Assembly (NCBI GenBank): GCA_903825645.1
Contig: CAIKBL010000041.1
Coordinates: 8,375 to 72,374 of the forward strand
DNA length: 64,000 nt
Source: an uncultured Pseudomonadota bacterium
GTDB taxonomy: Bacteria > Pseudomonadota > Gammaproteobacteria > Ga0077536
Reading direction: 5' to 3'
The position numbers and the translations under genes are program-made. This document shows, piece after piece, positions 52,532 to 61,687 of the stretch. The first letter of the stretch is position 1, and every line of letters starts with the position of its first letter. The notes under the pieces were generated by a model. The model searched no databases, had not been told where the DNA came from, and saw nothing but the letters and a program-made list of their open reading frames with translations.

Positions 52532-52988
52532 AGAAGGAAAGGTAGCACCTGCGTTTACCCTACAGGATCACAGGGGAACGACACGTTCGCTCGCCGAATT
52601 CAAAGGACAGGACGTGGTGGTGTACTTCTACCCCAAGGATGACACGCCCGGTTGTACTAAGGAGGCCTGTGGCTTCCGTGACCTTTGGGACAGCTTCAAG
52701 AAACAGAACGTTGTCGTCCTCGGCATTTCTGCTGACGGCGTTTCTTCTCATGCTGGATTTATCGAGAAGTTCGATCTTCCATTTTTGCTGCTTTCTGATC
52801 CGGACAGAAAAGTCATGACGCAATACGCCGCTTATGGCGAAAAAATGATGTACGGGAAGAAGACGGTCGGGGTCATTCGATCGACGGTCTGGATTGGCGC
52901 GGACGGAAAAGTCCGTAGGCACTGGCGAAAAGTACCCAAAGCGGAGTCGCACCCTGTCGCTGTCCTCGCGGCTATAACAGCGAGCTGA
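52521..52988 (+). CDS. bcp: thiol peroxidase Bcp (peroxiredoxin)
   Basis: VVVYFYPKDDTPGCTKEACGFRD peroxidatic/resolving Cys motif; 155 aa; ATG overlaps cupin gene end. Confidence 0.88.
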   Translation: MAIEEGKVAPAFTLQDHRGTTRSLAEFKGQDVVVYFYPKDDTPGCTKEACGFRDLWDSFKKQNVVVLGISADGVSSHAGFIEKFDLPFLLLSDPDRKVMTQYAAYGEKMMYGKKTVGVIRSTVWIGADGKVRRHWRKVPKAESHPVAVLAAITAS

Positions 52989-52993
52989 AACTG

Positions 52994-53038
52994 CCCGCTC
53001 CTCGAGCATCCGCGCCACCCTCGGGCGCGGGGAGCGGC
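52994..53038 (+). terminator. GC-rich stem-loop 6 nt after bcp stop (possible terminator lacking U-tract)
   Basis: Nested inverted repeat CCCGCTCC..CCGCGCC-ACCCTCG-GGCGCGG..GGAGCGGC; no downstream T-run. Confidence 0.3.
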
Positions 53039-53076
53039 ACGCCTAGACCATGAGGTGGCAGTGAAAAAAACCGGGC

Positions 53077-54321
53077 ATGCAAGTCGTCCTCAAATACCTG
53101 TTAATCCTACGTAGTCTCCTCATCATCGCTCAATTGATGGCGCTGGCTGTATTGGACGCTGGCTTTCACTTCGAGGTCCCCTGGCGCGCGGTCTCGATCA
53201 CGCTCCTTCTCATGACTGCATTAACTGCCCTCACCTGGCGCCATCTGAATGAGGCACGATTAGCTCGCGCGTGGATATTCGTAGCTCAACTACTCGCCGA
53301 TATCATCGCACTGACGGTACTGGTCTTTTTCACCGGGGGAGCACTGAACCCCTTTATTTCTCTGTTCTTGCTCCCTATTACGTTCGCCGCAGCGGCACTC
53401 CCTTTGATGCATACGACCATCATCGCGGGCGCCGCAGGACTTGCCTACACGGCACTCATGTTTGTGCATCCCCACGAGCATCATAGTGCCGTGAGTGTCT
53501 GGGGTTTTGACTTGCACGTTTGGGGGATGTGGTACGGCTTTTTGCTCAGCGCAGCCTGTATTGCGATTTTCGTGGCGCGCATTGCCCGGACACTTCATGA
53601 ACAATCCGTGGCCCTTACCGCCACACGAGAGCACGTATTGCGCAATGAACGCATTGTAGCCTTGGGCACGCTTGCAGCTGGGACAGCCCATGAATTAGGT
53701 ACGCCTCTCGCCACGATGGCGATCGTGGCACACGATCTCGCAAGCGATCTGTCCGATCAACCGGACTTACAGGCTGCCGTGCGTCTGCTACAAGACCAAT
53801 TACAGCGCTGCAAACGCACGCTCGCTCAGCTCGCGGTCGATGCGGGTCAACTACCGGCTGAAGAGGTCTATCGGATTACCTTAGAGCGTTTTCTGAGACA
53901 ACTTTCAACTGATTTCCGCGCCCTCAATCCACAGGTGAATCTGCAGGAAAAGGTCCGTCCAGGACCGCCGCTGCCAATCGTCGTCGACCGGACGCTCCGG
54001 CAAGCGCTGAATAATATTCTCAACAATGCTGGCCAAGTTTCCCCACATGCCGTCACATTGGAATGCGCATGGGATAGCCGATATCTGGCGCTGGAAATCA
54101 TGGATGAGGGTCCCGGCATCGCCTCGGATGTTCAAGCGCAGCTAGGTCGGGCAGTGGTGAGTTCCAAAGTCGACGCGGGTGGCATGGGGCTGGGCATTTA
54201 CCTGGCCACCACCACCCTCCAACGTTACGGTGGAGAAGTTCAGTTTTACGCGCGAACCCAGGGAGGCACCCGTGTTTCAGTCAAACTACCCCTGGAGACC
54301 CTTCAAGGGCTTCGCGGATGA
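53077..54321 (+). CDS. RegB/PrrB/RoxS-type membrane redox sensor histidine kinase
   Basis: Six predicted TM helices; quinone-site heptapeptide GGALNPF (GGxxNPF); H-box LAAGTAHELGTPLA typical of RegB; Cys in linker (LQRCKRTL); HATPase domain. Confidence 0.85.
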   Translation: MQVVLKYLLILRSLLIIAQLMALAVLDAGFHFEVPWRAVSITLLLMTALTALTWRHLNEARLARAWIFVAQLLADIIALTVLVFFTGGALNPFISLFLLPITFAAAALPLMHTTIIAGAAGLAYTALMFVHPHEHHSAVSVWGFDLHVWGMWYGFLLSAACIAIFVARIARTLHEQSVALTATREHVLRNERIVALGTLAAGTAHELGTPLATMAIVAHDLASDLSDQPDLQAAVRLLQDQLQRCKRTLAQLAVDAGQLPAEEVYRITLERFLRQLSTDFRALNPQVNLQEKVRPGPPLPIVVDRTLRQALNNILNNAGQVSPHAVTLECAWDSRYLALEIMDEGPGIASDVQAQLGRAVVSSKVDAGGMGLGIYLATTTLQRYGGEVQFYARTQGGTRVSVKLPLETLQGLRG

Positions 54322-54848
54322 CCCAAATACTGATCGTCGACGACGATGAAATTTTTACCACGGTACTGGCGTCTGCCCTACGCCGACGCGGCTTAGCGCC
54401 CTGGTGTGCGCACACCTCGCAGGAGGCTTATCGACTTGTACACGCGCAGGCCATCGATTCCGTGGTGCTTGATCTGCGGCTGGCCACAGAAAGCGGACTG
54501 GACATGATTTCGACCCTGTGCACCGCCCGGCCAGGTGTCAAGATCATCGTCTTAACCGGTTACGCAAGCATTGCAACGGCCGTAGAGGCTATTAAGTTGG
54601 GCGCGCATCATTACCTGACCAAACCGATTGACGTAACCACCTTACTCGACGCGTTCGCGTACGAGCCGGGCATTGTGCCGACGCGACTGTTGGAGACGCC
54701 GACTCCCTTAGATCAACTAGAATGGGAACATATTCAGCGCGCGCTGATTGGCTCAGGCGGCAATGTGTCGGCGGCGGCAGCGGCCTTGGGCATGCACCGA
54801 CGAACCTTACAGCGCAGACTAAAAAAACGTCCATCAGGACTCCGGTGA
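54318..54848 (+). CDS. RegA/PrrA/RoxR-type response regulator (REC + Fis-type HTH)
   Basis: ILIVDDDE..VVLDLRL REC; C-terminal GGNVSAAAAALGMHRRTLQRRLKKRP helix-turn-helix characteristic of RegA/ActR; ATG overlaps regB stop. Confidence 0.88.
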   Translation: MTQILIVDDDEIFTTVLASALRRRGLAPWCAHTSQEAYRLVHAQAIDSVVLDLRLATESGLDMISTLCTARPGVKIIVLTGYASIATAVEAIKLGAHHYLTKPIDVTTLLDAFAYEPGIVPTRLLETPTPLDQLEWEHIQRALIGSGGNVSAAAAALGMHRRTLQRRLKKRPSGLR

Positions 54849-54853
54849 CAATT

Positions 54854-55519
54854 ATGACAGGCCTGACATCGCTCCCGACCACCCCCGGCTATCACGACAT
54901 TCACGCGAAATTGTGCGAGCTCACCGTCGCGATGACCCTGCACCTTCCCCTCACGCCGCGCGGCGCGCCACTCGTCTTGGTGTTGCATTATGGTGGCCAA
55001 CCGAGTGGTTATTATGGTCGTGGTCTCCTTGAGCAACTAATAGTGCCCGCTTGGGAGGCCCTCGGTGCAGTGTTCGTCGCACCCGTCAGTCAGGGCGGAG
55101 ACTGGCAGTCGGCCGCGAATGGCCTCGCTATCCGTGCGGTTTTACGACTTATCGAGTTGCACTACGCAACAAACCCGGACAGCTGTTATTTAACCGGTTA
55201 CAGTCTGGGTGGAATCGGCTGCTGGCATTTGCTGTCCCAGACGGATGTTCGTCTAGCCGCGGTCGTCCCGATCGCCGCACCGATTCCAGCGCATTTGCCC
55301 GCCGTCACCACCCCGACATATGTCCTCCACTCAGACTCAGATCAGCTCTTTCCAAGTGGCCCCGTGCGTGCTCGTCTTGACGCACTCCGCGACCAAAACC
55401 TGCCGATTGATTATGAGGTGCTGGAAGGCCTCGACCATTACAACGTGGGAGGCTATCGGTCGGCCCTCCAGCGCTTGACGCAGTGGTTGCCCGCTGCCAC
55501 CAAAGCCGGAAAACCCTAA
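54854..55519 (+). CDS. alpha/beta-hydrolase (phospholipase/carboxylesterase-like) esterase
   Basis: GYSLGG nucleophile elbow, later D and H (GLDHYN) catalytic positions; start set at ATG 54854 (upstream part of ORF overlaps regA). Confidence 0.7.
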   Translation: MTGLTSLPTTPGYHDIHAKLCELTVAMTLHLPLTPRGAPLVLVLHYGGQPSGYYGRGLLEQLIVPAWEALGAVFVAPVSQGGDWQSAANGLAIRAVLRLIELHYATNPDSCYLTGYSLGGIGCWHLLSQTDVRLAAVVPIAAPIPAHLPAVTTPTYVLHSDSDQLFPSGPVRARLDALRDQNLPIDYEVLEGLDHYNVGGYRSALQRLTQWLPAATKAGKP

Positions 55520-55926
55520 CGTCCAGACGACTATAGGTGGTCCTTCGGTCGTGCTTGGCGCCGCCTATCGACGGCAAAATTTCCTTGCAATCAAGAATGA
55601 AAAGTGTAAATTGCGCGCTCTGCAATAGGTCGGGGGCTTTGTGATTTGTTCTAGTATCGGGACAAGTTATCTATCGAGTGTGTATCTCCGGTAGTCCGCG
55701 GCCTTTGACAAGAAACCCTGCGGCGCCAAGAGAGGTGCCGCGCTCGTGGTGGGCAATCGCCCCGCTTTCATCTACGAGGGTTTCTGTAAATGTATGTGAA
55801 TCTATTGGCCGGGAGCCACTCCCAGGCATCGACACCTCCAGCTGACGGGAAGCGCGTGGCGGCCACCTCCCTCGGCGCGAAAGACTTGCGCTCCACTTCT
55901 GCGCGTGTGACAGATCACTACGCTCA

Positions 55927-56826
55927 ATGTCCATGGCTTCTCCTGAGTGCGGGACACTAGCGGTGGCAATCCGTTTTCAAGAAACCCTGTACGGGGATGA
56001 GATTTTCCAGGGCTTCACCGCCGAGGCGTTGGTATTCGAAGGTGCTACGCCCTTTCAGAAGGTGCAGATTTTCGCGACCGCCCGCTGGGGGAAAGTGCTG
56101 GTCCTAGACGGCATCGTCCAGACTACCGAAAAAGACGAATTCGTCTATCACGAAATGCTCACGCACGTCCCGCTATTCGCCTGCAACAATCCGCGGCGCG
56201 TGATGATTGTAGGCGGAGGTGACGGGGGGATCTTACGTGAAGTGCTGAAGCACGACATAGACCGTGTCGACATGGTTGAGATTGATCGGACTGTCGTCGA
56301 TTTCTGCGTCACCCATATGCCCTCCTTGAATGCAGCTGGCGCGATCTATAAAGACCCTAGAGTTGAACTCGTGATCGAAGATGCCTTCGTGTTCATGCAG
56401 CGGGAGCGTCGCAAATATGACGCCATCTTGGTCGACTCCACCGACCCCGTGGGTGCCGCCGAAGTCCTCTTTTCGAACACGTTTTACGATCTCTGCCGTA
56501 ACGCATTGAGCCCCGGTGGCGTCCTTGCGCTTCAGGACGGTGTCGTTTTTCTGCAACCTGAAGAATCACGACAAAGTATGCGGTTACTGCGCCATATGGG
56601 GTTGAAGGCGCGCTGTTATAGCATCGCCGTGCCGACCTACTACGGCGGCAACATGACGCTCGGGCTGGCGAGCGACACGATCGAAGTCCTCCAACCAAAC
56701 CTCGATCGGCTGCAGGAGCGTTTCAGGGCGCAGGAATTTGCTACCAAGCACTACACACCAGAGCTCCATTACGCGAGCTTTATTTTACCGCGATGGATGG
56801 ATGCAATTACGGGAGGTTTGGCATGA
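55927..56826 (+). CDS. speE: polyamine aminopropyltransferase (spermidine synthase)
   Basis: Collinear with E. coli SpeE: ..LDGIVQTTEKDEFVYHEMLTHVPL.., IVGGGDGGILREV, LVDSTDPVGAAE. Confidence 0.9.
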   Translation: MSMASPECGTLAVAIRFQETLYGDEIFQGFTAEALVFEGATPFQKVQIFATARWGKVLVLDGIVQTTEKDEFVYHEMLTHVPLFACNNPRRVMIVGGGDGGILREVLKHDIDRVDMVEIDRTVVDFCVTHMPSLNAAGAIYKDPRVELVIEDAFVFMQRERRKYDAILVDSTDPVGAAEVLFSNTFYDLCRNALSPGGVLALQDGVVFLQPEESRQSMRLLRHMGLKARCYSIAVPTYYGGNMTLGLASDTIEVLQPNLDRLQERFRAQEFATKHYTPELHYASFILPRWMDAITGGLA

Positions 56827-57239
56827 GCGATAGTTCCCTGGACCATTTTAAAGTTGACGCCACGGGTGTCCGCTATGCCGGAGATCATCTCCTCATCGAG
56901 TTCTGGGGTGCCGATCACCTCAAAGAGCCCGAATATATTTGCCGCGCTCTGGAAGACGGAGCGCGCGCCGCGGGTGCGACTATTCTCCATTCCCACTACC
57001 ACCATTTCGGAGATGGAGAGGGCGTGAGCGGCGTCACGGTGTTAGCGGAGAGTCACATCACCATCCATACTTGGCCAGAGGTCGGGTACGCGGCGATCGA
57101 TGTGTTCATGTGTGGTGATGCAGATCCGGCTAAATGCCTGAGTCTCCTGAAAGAACGGTTCACGCCCGGTGAAATTATTACCCAAAGCCACCGTCGTGGT
57201 AGCTGGGTGTCGGAGCTTTCCGCCCAGCGGGTTGCCTGA
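56823..57239 (+). CDS. speH: S-adenosylmethionine decarboxylase proenzyme, small pyruvoyl type
   Basis: VLAESHITIHTWPEVGYAAIDVFMCG self-cleavage/active-site motif of class 1 small AdoMetDC; ATG (56823) overlaps speE stop by 4 nt. Confidence 0.85.
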   Translation: MSDSSLDHFKVDATGVRYAGDHLLIEFWGADHLKEPEYICRALEDGARAAGATILHSHYHHFGDGEGVSGVTVLAESHITIHTWPEVGYAAIDVFMCGDADPAKCLSLLKERFTPGEIITQSHRRGSWVSELSAQRVA

Positions 57240-57732
57240 CGAGAAGAGGAGCGGGCTGCTCCCCTAACCGAGGGTAGATAACTCGGCCCACCCGCTTGAT
57301 GATTTGTTACGCAGGCGTCCGAGAATGACGAGCAGTCATTCCGTTGCCCGGGGAAGTTCACGTTCGCCTGTCCATGTTGACGAGTGACGACCACTAACGG
57401 CCGTTCCCGAACCATAAAAATTCCGCCCGGACTATCGCGCCGTGGATGCCGGTCGCTTGGATAGCGGTGGGCACCCCATACAGATTAGCCCCGCCGAGTG
57501 CCTTGCGAGGTATTTCGTATACCCCGTGGCATCCCTAGGCTTAAATTCGGCCCTAAGCGCATTACGGACGGTAGCGCCGGCAAACCAATGGTTCAACGGC
57601 AGGTTAAAACCGGTCATGATGTGCTTCGTGGGTATTTTTTTTAGCTTTCCCGCCTCAATGCACAAGGGAAAAGAGGGCCCTGGATAGTGGATAACGACTT
57701 CGCACCTTACGTCCCGTCAGAAAGGAAAACGG

Positions 57733-58230
57733 ATGTCTGAGATACAAGCGGTCACCAGCAGCTTTGCCCTTATCGTGCCTCCAGAGTGGCTTGACTATAA
57801 CAATCACATGAATGTCGCCTACTATTCGCTCGCCTTTGATCAGGCTGGCGAAGCGTTCGTCGAAACATTAGGGATGGGTGCGGCGTATACGCACCAAACC
57901 CAAAATTCATGGATGGTCCTTGAAGCACATCTGACTTATCAGCAGGAGGCACGCCTGCATGACTCCCTGCATATCGAAACGCGAGTCCTCGATTTCAGTG
58001 ACAAGCTCGCGCACCTTTATCAAGTGATGTACCGCGGCACCGAACTACTCTCGACACAGGAACAATTGACCCTTCATGTAAACCTCGAGACCCGCCGCGC
58101 CGCGCCATTTCCAGCGGAAATACTCGCCCAAATGGTGGCTGTTCACGAAAAACACCACGCATTGCCGCCCCCGATCGGCGCGGGACGCCAGATTGGCATT
58201 GATGGGCAAAAATCCTTGGCCAAGAAATAA
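57733..58230 (+). CDS. hotdog-fold acyl-CoA thioesterase (4HBT family)
   Basis: WLDYNNHMNVAYY motif region, 165 aa. Confidence 0.72.
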   Translation: MSEIQAVTSSFALIVPPEWLDYNNHMNVAYYSLAFDQAGEAFVETLGMGAAYTHQTQNSWMVLEAHLTYQQEARLHDSLHIETRVLDFSDKLAHLYQVMYRGTELLSTQEQLTLHVNLETRRAAPFPAEILAQMVAVHEKHHALPPPIGAGRQIGIDGQKSLAKK

Positions 58231-59054
58231 TGCCTATGCGAGCCTTCAATAATCAAATAGCCATTGTCACTGGCGCGGGTTCCGGGATCGGTGCGGCCAT
58301 CAGTCGCGAACTAGGTCGACTGGGTACCAACGTCATCTGTACGGATGTCGATCCAGAAACGGCTCGCGCCATCGCGGCTGAGATTATGCTGGCCGGCGGA
58401 ACGGCGAGTGCCGCCACGCTCGATGTCACCAATGCCCATGAGGTAGGAGCACTGATCACGACCGTCGTGAATACGCATGGTCGGCTTGATCTCATGTTTA
58501 ATAATGCGGGCATTTCCGTTGCGGGTGACGCTCGCGACCTGACTATCGAGCATTGGCGTCGTGTGCTAGACGTGAATCTAATGGGCGTCGTGTACGGCAC
58601 AGATGCCGCCTACAAGCAGATGGCGCAACAAGGTCACGGCCATATTATCAATATCGCATCTTTGGCCGGATTGATTCCATTTCCTACTAATGCGCCGTAT
58701 GCGGCGAGCAAACATGCAGTCGTTGGTCTGTCACTTTCGATGCGCACAGAAGGCGAAGACCTCGGCGTCAAGGTCAGTGCCGTATGCCCAGGTTTCATAC
58801 AGTCAAACATCTTCAACGCGACGTTGTTTATTAACGTTGATCGGGAACGCGCCTTGGCGAATATGCCGTTCGCGCCCCTTGAAACATCAAAAGCCGCGCT
58901 CGCTATTTTACGCGGGGTACAACGCAACCGCCCCATCATTATATTTCCGAGCTATGCCCACATCCTGTGGGCGTTGCATCGTCTCTGGGCAGGCTTTCTT
59001 GTCCCCCTGCATCGCAAAGCCATTCGTGATTTACGCAAGCTGAAGTTACGTTAA
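58230..59054 (+). CDS. SDR-family oxidoreductase
   Basis: TGAGSGIGAA Rossmann motif, NNAG, YxxxK (YAASKHAV); ATG overlaps thioesterase stop. Confidence 0.85.
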   Translation: MPMRAFNNQIAIVTGAGSGIGAAISRELGRLGTNVICTDVDPETARAIAAEIMLAGGTASAATLDVTNAHEVGALITTVVNTHGRLDLMFNNAGISVAGDARDLTIEHWRRVLDVNLMGVVYGTDAAYKQMAQQGHGHIINIASLAGLIPFPTNAPYAASKHAVVGLSLSMRTEGEDLGVKVSAVCPGFIQSNIFNATLFINVDRERALANMPFAPLETSKAALAILRGVQRNRPIIIFPSYAHILWALHRLWAGFLVPLHRKAIRDLRKLKLR

Positions 59055-59070
59055 TGGGGTAGTCCGCAGC

Positions 59071-59907
59071 TTACTTCTCAAGGGCAATCAGTTCGTCAGC
59101 ATCGAATCCGGCCGCTTTCCGGGCTGGCATGTTGAAGGGCGGATGTGGGGTTGAGATACCGAGATCTGCGCAGAAGGTGAGAAAGGTAGCACGGGGATCG
59201 AGACTGCGCGTACGGCACAGAAAATAGAACCAGTGATTACCAATCGCCACATGACGGATCTCGTCCTGGAAAATCACCTCAAGCACGGCAACAGTAGCCT
59301 CATCACCGACCGCGCGCAGTCTGTTTTGTAATCCTGGGGTCACATCCAGACCACGCGCCTCAAGGACGCGGGGCACGACTGCCATGCGGGCAAGCACGTC
59401 GTGCCGTGTTTTTTCGGCCACCTCCCACAAGCCGTCGTGTGCCGACAGCGCGCCATAGGTCTGATCAACGGCAGCCAAGCGTTCACACAAAAGGCTAAAA
59501 TGATAAGCCTCTTCTCCCGCTACCTTTATCCAGTCGTAGTAATACTGCTCAGGCAACCCCGGGAAACGGGCAGCCGCATCCAACGCAAGATTGATAGCAT
59601 TAAATTCGATATGGGCCAGGGCATGCAAAAGCGCGATCCGTCCGGTCAATGTCCCGAGACGGCGTCTGGCGACGCGTGAGGGGTGAACCAGGGTAGGGTG
59701 CGCCGGGCGACCCGGTTCGGACCCCATCTCAACAACGGCAAGTGGCTCGACGCTCAACTCCCCCCCAGCGGCGGCTATTTTTAAGCGCTCGACAGCCTTA
59801 CATTTCGCGCTCGGATCACAGAGAGCTAAAGCAAAGGCAGCAGCCATCCTCAATTCCGAAAGTGGCGGCGACATCAAACTACTCACACATCTTCCTCTTC
59901 CTCTCAC
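59071..59907 (-). CDS. ferritin-like DUF455-family protein
   Basis: Helical ferritin-like pattern with paired E/H motifs (LLHALAHIEFNAINLALD..., AGEEAYHF); no other domain. Confidence 0.55.
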   Translation of the reverse strand: MRGRGRCVSSLMSPPLSELRMAAAFALALCDPSAKCKAVERLKIAAAGGELSVEPLAVVEMGSEPGRPAHPTLVHPSRVARRRLGTLTGRIALLHALAHIEFNAINLALDAAARFPGLPEQYYYDWIKVAGEEAYHFSLLCERLAAVDQTYGALSAHDGLWEVAEKTRHDVLARMAVVPRVLEARGLDVTPGLQNRLRAVGDEATVAVLEVIFQDEIRHVAIGNHWFYFLCRTRSLDPRATFLTFCADLGISTPHPPFNMPARKAAGFDADELIALEK

Positions 59908-60016
59908 TGACGATCAAAAACCCAGGCGCCGTAGCGCAACGTAGAGGTCAAAGCCGGGCTTGCCGGAACAGTCAGGATTGTGACAGATTCAAGCCCCGCT
60001 CCCGAACAACACCAAC

Positions 60017-60460
60017 ATGATAGATGTCATTTATTCTCCGACGGCGACTGCTTCTCTCGCGCGCAGATCTGCTTCGATTGTCTACGACAGCGTCGCGGTT
60101 TTCGGCGTCTGCTTCGTGGCCGCGGCGATCGCAGTCGCCTGGCATCATGGACAGGCCATTGCAGCCCAATCATGGGGATTCACCGTCTACCTTGTTCTCG
60201 TCAGCTACGGGTATTTTGCCTATTGTTGGCGGCATGGCCGAACGCTCGGCATGCGCAGCTGGAAACTCCGCGTGGTTGACCAATCATCGGGACGTCAACC
60301 CTCTTGGGGTCAGACCGCTATCCGCTTCTGCATCGCACTGCTCGCATGGCTTCCTGCCGGAATGGGCTACTGGCGAGCCTGGTGGGACCCCGACGGACGA
60401 ACCTGGCATGACAGGGCTTCCCGCACCTGTCTAATCTACGAAGATGACCGCACTACTTAA
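60017..60460 (+). CDS. RDD-family membrane protein
   Basis: Three hydrophobic helices with R..D..D spacing (RRSASIVYDSVAV.., WRHGRTLGMRSWKLRVVD), 147 aa. Confidence 0.7.
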   Translation: MIDVIYSPTATASLARRSASIVYDSVAVFGVCFVAAAIAVAWHHGQAIAAQSWGFTVYLVLVSYGYFAYCWRHGRTLGMRSWKLRVVDQSSGRQPSWGQTAIRFCIALLAWLPAGMGYWRAWWDPDGRTWHDRASRTCLIYEDDRTT

Positions 60461-60472
60461 AAAGTAGCGATA

Positions 60473-61537
60473 TCACGGCGTATGGGCGAGTAAGTAGGCG
60501 GCAACCGCACTCATCAGCAACGCGGGGCCGACGGCACTGAGAATAGGGGGGAAATCATAAACCACACCAAGGCGCCCAGTTGCCTGATTAAGCAGGTGGA
60601 AACCGAGTCCAATGGAGGCCCCGGTTAATATGCGTTGACCAATGGTAACGCTGCGGCTGGCGCGTAGTACCATCGGCACCGCCAGGACGACCATCACGAT
60701 GCTCGCGAACGGATAGCTGATCTTGATCCACATTGCCTGCAGGTAACGTTGTGGATTTTGTCCGTTATTGGAAAGGAAACGGCCGTATTTGAAAAGGCTC
60801 CAGATCGAGAGACTATCCGGGTTTATCGTCACAACTCGCAGGAGATCCGGTTTCAACATGGAATCCCACGCGGCCTCCCGCACCGTGCGCCGATGTAAAC
60901 CGTCTCCGTCAAGGACGGTCTGCGAAATGTTTTGGAGGACCCATTGATGATGGGCGTAGTGGGCGAACTCAGCATAAGTGCTTAGCCGAAGCTTGTTGTC
61001 CGCATCGAATTCGTAAATATAAACATCCCGCAGCTGGTCGCCAGGCAGTATTTCACGAATATTGATGTAATTATTGGCGTCCCGGGCCCAAAATCCATTC
61101 ACAGAGATGAACGTGACCCTGTCATTAATCGCGATGTCGCGATAATCGCGCGCAAAGTGTTCGGCAGGCGGGGCAATGAATTCCCCATTGAGCATAGCAG
61201 CCACGAGTAAAACCGAGCCGCCCTTGACCACCGCAAAAACTACCCGTCCCTTAGTGACTCCCACACAGCGGATTACCGCTAACTCACCGTTGCGCATCAT
61301 GGTGCCGAAGCCGATCAGCGACCCGATCAGTGCGGCCATCGGAAACAGATCGTAAGTCAGGTTGGGGATCCTGAACAGCACGAACACGAAAATCTTGCCC
61401 AGGGTGTAAGTGCCTCGACCAATGTCCTCCAGTTGGTCGATAAACGCAAAAAAGGTGAAGATCACCACCAATACGACCAACACCGTCAAGGTGGAGGAAA
61501 TGATGTTCCAGCCAATGTAGCGATCGAGAATCTTCAT
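60473..61537 (-). CDS. lptG: LPS export ABC-transporter permease, LptF/LptG (YjgP/YjgQ) family, LptG-like
   Basis: MKILDRYIGWNI N-terminus, PMAAL, DPDSLSIW and W.KISYP blocks collinear with E. coli LptG; 354 aa; divergent from pepA. Confidence 0.8.
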   Translation of the reverse strand: MKILDRYIGWNIISSTLTVLVVLVVIFTFFAFIDQLEDIGRGTYTLGKIFVFVLFRIPNLTYDLFPMAALIGSLIGFGTMMRNGELAVIRCVGVTKGRVVFAVVKGGSVLLVAAMLNGEFIAPPAEHFARDYRDIAINDRVTFISVNGFWARDANNYINIREILPGDQLRDVYIYEFDADNKLRLSTYAEFAHYAHHQWVLQNISQTVLDGDGLHRRTVREAAWDSMLKPDLLRVVTINPDSLSIWSLFKYGRFLSNNGQNPQRYLQAMWIKISYPFASIVMVVLAVPMVLRASRSVTIGQRILTGASIGLGFHLLNQATGRLGVVYDFPPILSAVGPALLMSAVAAYLLAHTP

Positions 61538-61687
61538 AGGGTTAGGCGTGCTTTACGGCCCAATCAACGAACGAATACACTGCGGCGGTTGCTCGCGCCC
61601 AGCGCGGGAACGATGTCCTCGAGTAATGTCACCGGGGGCGACCCTCTTTATCAACGTGCGGCTGGACATCTGCGGAGAAACATCAAG

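Noticed and set aside
57432-57687. Two mutually overlapping small ORFs (77 aa minus, 81 aa plus) in the speH-thioesterase gap
   Set aside because: Neither has protein-like composition or an RBS; the region is treated as non-coding (see the finding on the 493-nt gap).
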